In this document: piece after piece, positions 36,359 to 41,828 of the stretch | Position numbering within the stretch: the stretch's first letter is position 1 | Layout: every line of letters starts with the position of its first letter | Source of the DNA: a virus | Lineage: Duplodnaviria > Heunggongvirae > Uroviricota > Caudoviricetes | IMG/VR virus record: IMGVR_UViG_2541047798_000006 | Reading direction: 5' to 3' (one strand) | DNA: 41,828 nucleotides | Program-made: the position numbers and the translations under genes | Notes under the pieces: model-generated | Told to the model about the DNA's origin: nothing | The model's input: only the letters and a program-made list of their open reading frames with translations | Databases searched by the model: none

Positions 36359-36829
36359 TTATGTGCAAAACACAGTATGGATTTTCGTCGGGAAGGAGTT
36401 GCCCTTCCATGGGGAGCAAAATATTAGCAGATACCAGTTTTTTATATCAGAATCATTGCGTACAGCATGGATCACAGGATAGTTCCTCGATAATGCCGTA
36501 ATAAGAATTTTTTTCTGACCCGCAGTCAAGGAATCGATAACTGCATTGATATGACTGATTGTTTTTTGTTCTCTTGTATTGTTCCGGTGACTTCGCCAGA
36601 CCTTACGAAGAAATAAAGCTAAACGTTGGAGATTTATAGCCAGCACAAAAGAAAAGGCAAAAACGAATACCGGGTAAATATAAGGAATGCTGATTTTGTC
36701 TTGAACATACTCCGGTACAGAATCAGGCATAAAGAGCAATATCAAAACAAAGATAATAAGCATATACATAAGGCGCTCTAAGGGTTCGTTACTGAATAAC
36801 TTGCTCAACAAGCCGAATACATCAGGCAT
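36359..36829 (-). CDS. SieB-like superinfection-exclusion membrane protein (putative)
   Basis: 156-aa ORF antiparallel to the early-left operon. It has two N-terminal TM segments, then a basic linker and an IDSLTAGQKKILITAL segment like the LT..EK.IL motif of SieB proteins as recalled. AT-rich. Confidence 0.5.
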   Translation of the reverse strand: MPDVFGLLSKLFSNEPLERLMYMLIIFVLILLFMPDSVPEYVQDKISIPYIYPVFVFAFSFVLAINLQRLALFLRKVWRSHRNNTREQKTISHINAVIDSLTAGQKKILITALSRNYPVIHAVRNDSDIKNWYLLIFCSPWKGNSFPTKIHTVFCT

Positions 36830-37140
36830 ATTAATAACTCTCTACTGTAAGGGTATTAAAATGCTATCACAGACTCTCGCTGTAGGGGTATAGCCGAGAC
36901 CACCGAGCCTGAAGTGGTAAAAAGACAGGCACACAACACGAAAGCGCACGGCGAGGCTGTTAGTTCATAAATGGTCTGTCGTTAAATTTTCGTCGACCGT
37001 GCGCTTCCGGTTGTGGCAATCCGCGAAATGGCGCGGCGGTAAGTATGGCGGGGTTATTCCTTCCCCGTTGAGGACACCGGGTTGTCAGGTTGACCATACG
37101 CTTAAGTGACAACCCCGCTGCAGCGCCCTCTGTTATCAAT

Positions 37141-37197
37141 TTTCTGGTGACGTTTGGCGGTATCAGTTTTACTCCGTGACTGCTCTGCCGCCCTTTT
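37141..37197 (+). ncRNA. dicF: DicF sRNA (ftsZ-targeting Hfq-dependent sRNA) with its intrinsic terminator
   Basis: TTTCTGGTGACGTTTGGCGGTATCAGTTTTACTCCGTGACTGCTCTGCCGCCCTTTTT is the K-12 DicF sequence as I recall it. The terminator stem is GGCGG...CCGCC followed by a T-run. Confidence 0.85.
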
Positions 37198-37372
37198 TAA
37201 AGTGAATTTTGTGATGCGGTGAATGCGGCTGAGCGCACGCGGAACAGTTAAAACCGAAAACTGTGTTATGGGTGGATTCTCTGTATCCGGCGTTAATTGT
37301 TAACTGGTTAACGTCACCTGGAGGCACCAGGCACCGCATCAACAAAGTTCATTTGTAAAAATGGAGATAATT

Positions 37373-37594
37373 ATGATTGCTCATCACTTCGGAACTGATG
37401 AGATTCCTCGTCAGTGCGTGACTCCCGGTGATTATGTTATTCATAAAGGAAGAACATATATTGCTTCGGTAAACAACATTAAAAAACAACGGCTCTATAT
37501 TCGTGATTTTTCCACACAACACTGTATTAAGGAAACCATGATTAAAGTCTTCCTTGGTCGTGATGGTTTACCTGTAAAAGCAGAGTCATGGTGA
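37373..37594 (+). CDS. Hypothetical 73-aa protein occupying the dicB slot (not DicB-like)
   Basis: GGAGA SD 6 nt before the ATG at 37373. Translation is [73 protein letters not shown]. No family recognised. Confidence 0.55.
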   Translation: MIAHHFGTDEIPRQCVTPGDYVIHKGRTYIASVNNIKKQRLYIRDFSTQHCIKETMIKVFLGRDGLPVKAESW

Positions 37595-37717
37595 GCAGTA
37601 ATAAAATAACTGCCACAATACGACATTCAGCTTAATGAATACATCAGATTTGATTCTTATATGCCAGCAATGGCAGGGATTTGTTCACCCTTAAATCTGT
37701 AATGAGGTTAAAACAAA

Positions 37718-40192
37718 ATGAGTAAAGTCTTTATTTGCGCCGCCATTCCTGACGAACAGGCAATTAAGGAAGAAGGTGCAGTTGCTGTAGCCACTGCCAT
37801 CGAAGCTGGTGACGAACGCCGCGCCCGAGCCAAATTTACCTGGCAATTCCTGGAGCAATATCCGGCTGCTCAGGACTGTGCTTATAAATTTCTTGTCTGC
37901 GAGGATAAACCCGGCATGGCCCGCCCTGCCCTTGATTCCTGGGATACCGAATATATGCAGGAAAACCGCTGGGATGAGGGATCGTCTTCCTTTGTCCCGG
38001 TCGAACCAGAGCCGAATACAGAAATTGTTAACTTTAATCAGTTATCCGACGACAAACAGGCCGCTGTTCTCGTTAAGTTTGGCGCACATGAAAACGTCAC
38101 CGTGGATATGGTCATCAACGCAAGCGGGCTTCTTGGCGATGACGACATGATGACCTTTGACGGACACCTCGCAGAGGCAATTATCCGGACTAAAGAAATT
38201 AACGCCATGTATCCGGAACGTCAGATTGAATACATCAACGATGCCAGACGTGATTTAAAACCAACCGCCAAATGGCCCGACGTTCAGGCATATTTTCTCG
38301 ACCGTAAAAAACGCATGGAAAAGGAGCGCAAAGAAGGTGGTGCATATGCTTCTGTTGTTGATCTTGCCCGTGCCAGCGTCAACCGGCAGAACACTGAAAA
38401 CTCAGTAGCAAAAATCAACCCTGTCACTACTGCCATTCGTCGCGAATACAAGCAGACATGGAAAACACTGGATGATGAACTGGCCTATGCTCTGTGGCCT
38501 GGGGACATTGATGCCGGAAACATTGACGGCAGCATCCATCGCTGGGCAAAAAATGAAGTTATCGACAACGACCGCGAAGACTGGAAGCGTATCTCGGCAT
38601 CAATGCGCAAACAGCCTGATGCCCTTCGCTACGACCGCCAGACTATTTTTGGCCTTGTCCGTGAACGTCCGATCGACATTCACAAAGACCCTGTGGCACT
38701 GAACAAATACATTACTGAATACCTGACTACAAAGGGCGTGTTTGAAGATGAAGGAAGAAATCAGAGCGCAACTGATACTCTCTCGTCGCCAGTACCAGAA
38801 ACTGATGCAGTGGAAACGGCAATTCCGGACAACGAAAAAACCGAATGCAAAGTGGAAATCGAACCATCTGTAGAGCGTGAGGGGCCGTTCTACTTCCTCT
38901 TCACCGACAAGGATGGCGAAAAATACGGTCGCGCAAACAAACTTTCTGGTCTGGATAAGGCACTGGCTGCCGGGGCTACTGAAATCACGAAAGAAGAATA
39001 TTTCGCCCGCAAAAACGGTACATACTCAGGTTCACAACAAAATACTGGTGCATCTGACACGACCGCACAACCAGAGCCGGTAAAAGTTACCGCTGACGAA
39101 GTAAACAAAATTATGCAGGCAGCCAATATCAGCCAGCCTGACGCCAATCAGCTGCTTGCAGTATCACGTGGTGAATTTGTTGCAGGGATTAGCGACCCGA
39201 ACGATCCGAAATGGGTGAAGGGGATTGAAACCCGCGATTCTGTGAACCAGAACCAGCAAGAAACGGAACAGAACGACCAGAAAGCGGAACAAAACAGCCC
39301 AAATGCGTTACAAAACGAGCCAGAAACGAAACAACCTGAGCCAGTAGCGCAACAGGAAGCGGAAAAAGTCTGCACCGCCTGTGGTCAGACCGGCGGCGGC
39401 AACTGCCCTGATTGTGGTGCGGTGATGGGCGACGCAACATACCAGGAAACATTCGATGAAGAGAATCAGGCTGAAGTTCAGGAAAATGATCCGGAGGAAA
39501 TGGAAGGCGCTGAACATCCACACAAGGAGAATGCTGGCAGCGCTCAGGACCACGCCAGCGATAATGAAACTGGCGAGACGGCAGATTCCTTAATTGCGGT
39601 GAACGGTCATCACGTTATCACATCCACCAGCAGAGTGTGGCACCATCTGATGATCGACCTTGAAACGATGGGAACAAATCCTGATGCGCCAATCAACTCT
39701 ATTGGCGGTAAATTCTTTGATCCCGAAACCGGAGAGATGGGGCCGGAATTTAGCAAGACCATCGATCTGGATACTGCTGGCGGAGTCATTGATCGTGACG
39801 TCATTAAATGGTGGCTTAAGCAATCACGCGAGGCGCAATCTGCCATTCTGACCGATGAAATCCCGTTAGATGATGCACTACTGCAATTGCGGGAATTTAT
39901 CGACGAAAACTCCGGTGAATTTTTTGTTCAGGTCTGGGGAAATGGAGCCAACTTCGACAACGTGATTTTACGCCGTTCATACGAACGGCAGGGGATCCCC
40001 TGCCCGTGGCGTTATTGCAACGATCGCGATGTGCGCACAATCGTTGAGCTGGGAAAAACCCTGAACTTCGATGCCAGAACGGATATTCCATTCGACGGTG
40101 AGCGCCACAATGCACTTGATGACGCCCGTTACCAGGCAAAATACGTTTCAGCTATCTGGCAAAAACTGATCCCGAGTCAGGCTGATTTTTAA
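37718..40192 (+). CDS. Large YdfE-like protein with Q/E/N-rich linker, Cys4 zinc ribbon and C-terminal DEDDh (DnaQ-like) 3'-5' exonuclease domain
   Basis: 824-aa ORF. The N-terminus MSKVFICAAIPDEQAIKEEGAVAVATAIEAGDERRARAKF resembles truncated K-12 YdfE as recalled. It has CTACGQTGGGNCPDCG and the exonuclease motifs MIDLETMG, NGANFDNVIL and HNALDDARYQ. Confidence 0.8.
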   Translation: MSKVFICAAIPDEQAIKEEGAVAVATAIEAGDERRARAKFTWQFLEQYPAAQDCAYKFLVCEDKPGMARPALDSWDTEYMQENRWDEGSSSFVPVEPEPNTEIVNFNQLSDDKQAAVLVKFGAHENVTVDMVINASGLLGDDDMMTFDGHLAEAIIRTKEINAMYPERQIEYINDARRDLKPTAKWPDVQAYFLDRKKRMEKERKEGGAYASVVDLARASVNRQNTENSVAKINPVTTAIRREYKQTWKTLDDELAYALWPGDIDAGNIDGSIHRWAKNEVIDNDREDWKRISASMRKQPDALRYDRQTIFGLVRERPIDIHKDPVALNKYITEYLTTKGVFEDEGRNQSATDTLSSPVPETDAVETAIPDNEKTECKVEIEPSVEREGPFYFLFTDKDGEKYGRANKLSGLDKALAAGATEITKEEYFARKNGTYSGSQQNTGASDTTAQPEPVKVTADEVNKIMQAANISQPDANQLLAVSRGEFVAGISDPNDPKWVKGIETRDSVNQNQQETEQNDQKAEQNSPNALQNEPETKQPEPVAQQEAEKVCTACGQTGGGNCPDCGAVMGDATYQETFDEENQAEVQENDPEEMEGAEHPHKENAGSAQDHASDNETGETADSLIAVNGHHVITSTSRVWHHLMIDLETMGTNPDAPINSIGGKFFDPETGEMGPEFSKTIDLDTAGGVIDRDVIKWWLKQSREAQSAILTDEIPLDDALLQLREFIDENSGEFFVQVWGNGANFDNVILRRSYERQGIPCPWRYCNDRDVRTIVELGKTLNFDARTDIPFDGERHNALDDARYQAKYVSAIWQKLIPSQADF

Positions 40193-40261
40193 TGTTCAAC
40201 CATCGCCGGTTGTAACTGGTATTCTGCAACCGGCGCTCATCTGAAGTAAGAGATAAAAGCA

Positions 40262-40513
40262 ATGAGCGAAGTAGTCATGATTGTCTCTCCCGGTAAATGG
40301 GTATCCGAAGAACAGCTAATTGCACTGAAAGGAATAAAAAAGGGAACGCTAAAAAAAGCCAGGGAAAAATCGTTTATGGAAGGAAGAGAGTATAAGCATG
40401 TCGCCCATGACTGTATGCCATGGGATAACAGCCCATGCTTTTACAACCTGGAAGAAATTGACCGCTGGATTGAGCGCCAGGCATTAGCAAGACCAAGACG
40501 CCATCTTACTTGA
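40262..40513 (+). CDS. xis: Excisionase-like protein
   Basis: 83-aa ORF immediately upstream of int. It is small and basic with a Trp-containing DNA-binding-like core. The call rests on position. Confidence 0.6.
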   Translation: MSEVVMIVSPGKWVSEEQLIALKGIKKGTLKKAREKSFMEGREYKHVAHDCMPWDNSPCFYNLEEIDRWIERQALARPRRHLT

Positions 40514-40547
40514 CTAAAAGCCACACTAACCAATGAGAGAAGCTGAA

Positions 40548-41828
40548 ATGAAATATCCGACAGGCGTGGAAAACCATGGAGGGAAATTGCGTATCTGGTT
40601 TGTTTATAAAGGTGTAAGAGTCAGAGAAAATCTGGGGGTTCCTGACACGGCAAAAAACAGGCGCATTGCAGGTGAGCTGCGCGCCTCTGTTTGTTACGCA
40701 ATAAAAACTGGTGTTTTCGACTATGCAAAACAGTTTCCCTCCTCACACAATCTGGAAAAATTTGGTGAGGCCCGACAAGATTTAACCATAAAGGAACTGG
40801 CTGAAAAATTTCTGGCACTGAAAGAAACGGAAGTCGCAAAAACGTCACTCAACACGTACCGTGCCGTCATCAAAAATATTCTGAGCATAATCGGTGAAAA
40901 AAATCTTGCATCGTCGATTAATAAAGAAAAATTGCTGGCGGTACGTAAAGAGTTACTTACTGGATACCAGATCCCCAAAAGTAATTATATTGTTACGCAA
41001 CCGGGGAGATCGGCTGTCACCGTAAATAATTACATGACAAATCTTTACGCCGTGTTCCAGTTTGGTGTTGATAACGGTTACCTGGCAGATAATCCGTTTA
41101 AGGGGATCTCGCCATTAAAGGAATCAAGAACCATTCCTGATCCTCTTTCACGGGAGGAATTTATCCGTCTTATCGACGCCTGCAGGAATCAGCAGGCCAA
41201 AAATTTATGGTGCGTTTCTGTTTATACAGGCATTCGCCCTGGTGAGCTGTGCGCGCTTGGCTGGGAGGACATAGATCTGAAAAATGGAACAATGATGATC
41301 AGAAGAAATTTAGCAAAAGATCGTTTTACGGTACCGAAAACACAGGCTGGTACCAATCGGGTAATTCACCTTATCAAGCCTGCAATCGACGCTCTCAGGA
41401 ATCAGATGACACTAACGAGGCTGAGCAAAGAGCATATTATTGACGTTCACCTCAGAGAGTTTGGCAGAACAGAAAAACAAAAATGCACCTTTGTTTTTCA
41501 ACCTGAAGTGTCAGCGAGAGTAAAAAATTATGGTGACCATTTTACCGTTGACTCAATAAGGCAGATGTGGGACGCAGCGATAAAGCGCGCTGGCCTCCGC
41601 CACCGCAAATCATATCAGTCGAGACATACTTATGCCTGCTGGTCGCTGACAGCCGGTGCCAACCCGGCATTCATAGCAAACCAGATGGGACATGCAGATG
41701 CGCAAATGGTGTTTCAGGTATACGGGAAATGGATGTCTGAAAACAATAATGCACAGGTAGCCCTGTTAAATACACAGCTAAGCGAGTTTGCCCCAACCAT
41801 GCCCCAAAACAAGGCGACGCAAAATTAA
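40548..41828 (+). CDS. int: Tyrosine integrase (Rac/lambda Int family)
   Basis: MKYPTGVENHGGKLRIWFVYKGVRVRENL... arm-binding N-terminus. The catalytic residues are in context: R (TGIRPGEL), HxxR (SRHTYACW) and the Y region (MGHADAQMVFQVYGKW). An alternative ATG is at 40533. The stop codon ends the window. Confidence 0.9.
   Translation: MKYPTGVENHGGKLRIWFVYKGVRVRENLGVPDTAKNRRIAGELRASVCYAIKTGVFDYAKQFPSSHNLEKFGEARQDLTIKELAEKFLALKETEVAKTSLNTYRAVIKNILSIIGEKNLASSINKEKLLAVRKELLTGYQIPKSNYIVTQPGRSAVTVNNYMTNLYAVFQFGVDNGYLADNPFKGISPLKESRTIPDPLSREEFIRLIDACRNQQAKNLWCVSVYTGIRPGELCALGWEDIDLKNGTMMIRRNLAKDRFTVPKTQAGTNRVIHLIKPAIDALRNQMTLTRLSKEHIIDVHLREFGRTEKQKCTFVFQPEVSARVKNYGDHFTVDSIRQMWDAAIKRAGLRHRKSYQSRHTYACWSLTAGANPAFIANQMGHADAQMVFQVYGKWMSENNNAQVALLNTQLSEFAPTMPQNKATQN

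Noticed and set aside
36282-36482. 66-aa plus-strand ORF overlapping the 3' end of the SieB-like gene
   Set aside because: It has no SD, it is antisense to a longer ORF with membrane-protein features, and it starts inside the ydfC-position ORF.

Overview
The whole window is one lambdoid prophage of E. coli type, in inverted lambda orientation. The tail-fibre end is at the left and the integrase stop codon is the last base, so the att sites lie outside the window.

Layout:
- 10-22210 (minus strand): a morphogenesis arm whose translations match lambda almost residue for residue as I recall them (Nu1 A W B C/Nu3 D E FI FII Z U V G/T H M L K I J lom stf). The lambda cos sequence is at about 22.39 kb.
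- 22.6-23.3 kb: two cos-proximal plus-strand genes.
- 23.6-25.5 kb: a phage-21-type lysis cassette (dual-start pinholin, SAR endolysin, Rz with embedded Rz1).
- 25.5-27.9 kb: the Q-to-S accessory gap, with pR'/tR', a three-unit tRNA array and AT-rich orphan genes where Stx phages carry toxin genes.
- 27.9-35.3 kb: a Qin/Rac-like early-right arm. It holds a QuuQ-type Q, RusA, YdfU/DUF968, Rem, a complete hok/sok-type locus, a NUDIX+HAD cassette, an O-like initiator with internal iterons, a YdaT-like protein and a DicC-like Cro.
- 35.3-41.8 kb: the early-left arm. It holds a DicA-type repressor with TGTTAG-N6-CTAACA operators, ydfA/B/C-like genes, an oppositely oriented SieB-like gene, DicF sRNA, a 73-aa gene in the dicB slot, an 824-aa YdfE-like protein ending in a DEDDh exonuclease, xis and int.

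The tape-measure gene H is split into two frames by a short deletion, so the element is probably tail-defective.

The best candidate for something undescribed is the self-contained NUDIX hydrolase + HAD phosphatase moron (31.57-33.06 kb). It is bracketed by matching hairpins and sits where Qin carries relBE. Next to it is an orphan 29-codon hydrophobic-peptide gene with a consensus SD.

Other leads:
- the orphan genes and long structured spacer in the stx-equivalent locus
- an unannotated membrane mini-ORF plus terminator-like hairpin between R and Rz
- a degenerate middle tRNA
- the non-DicB gene downstream of DicF

All homology statements rest on my memory of the reference proteins. No database search was run.
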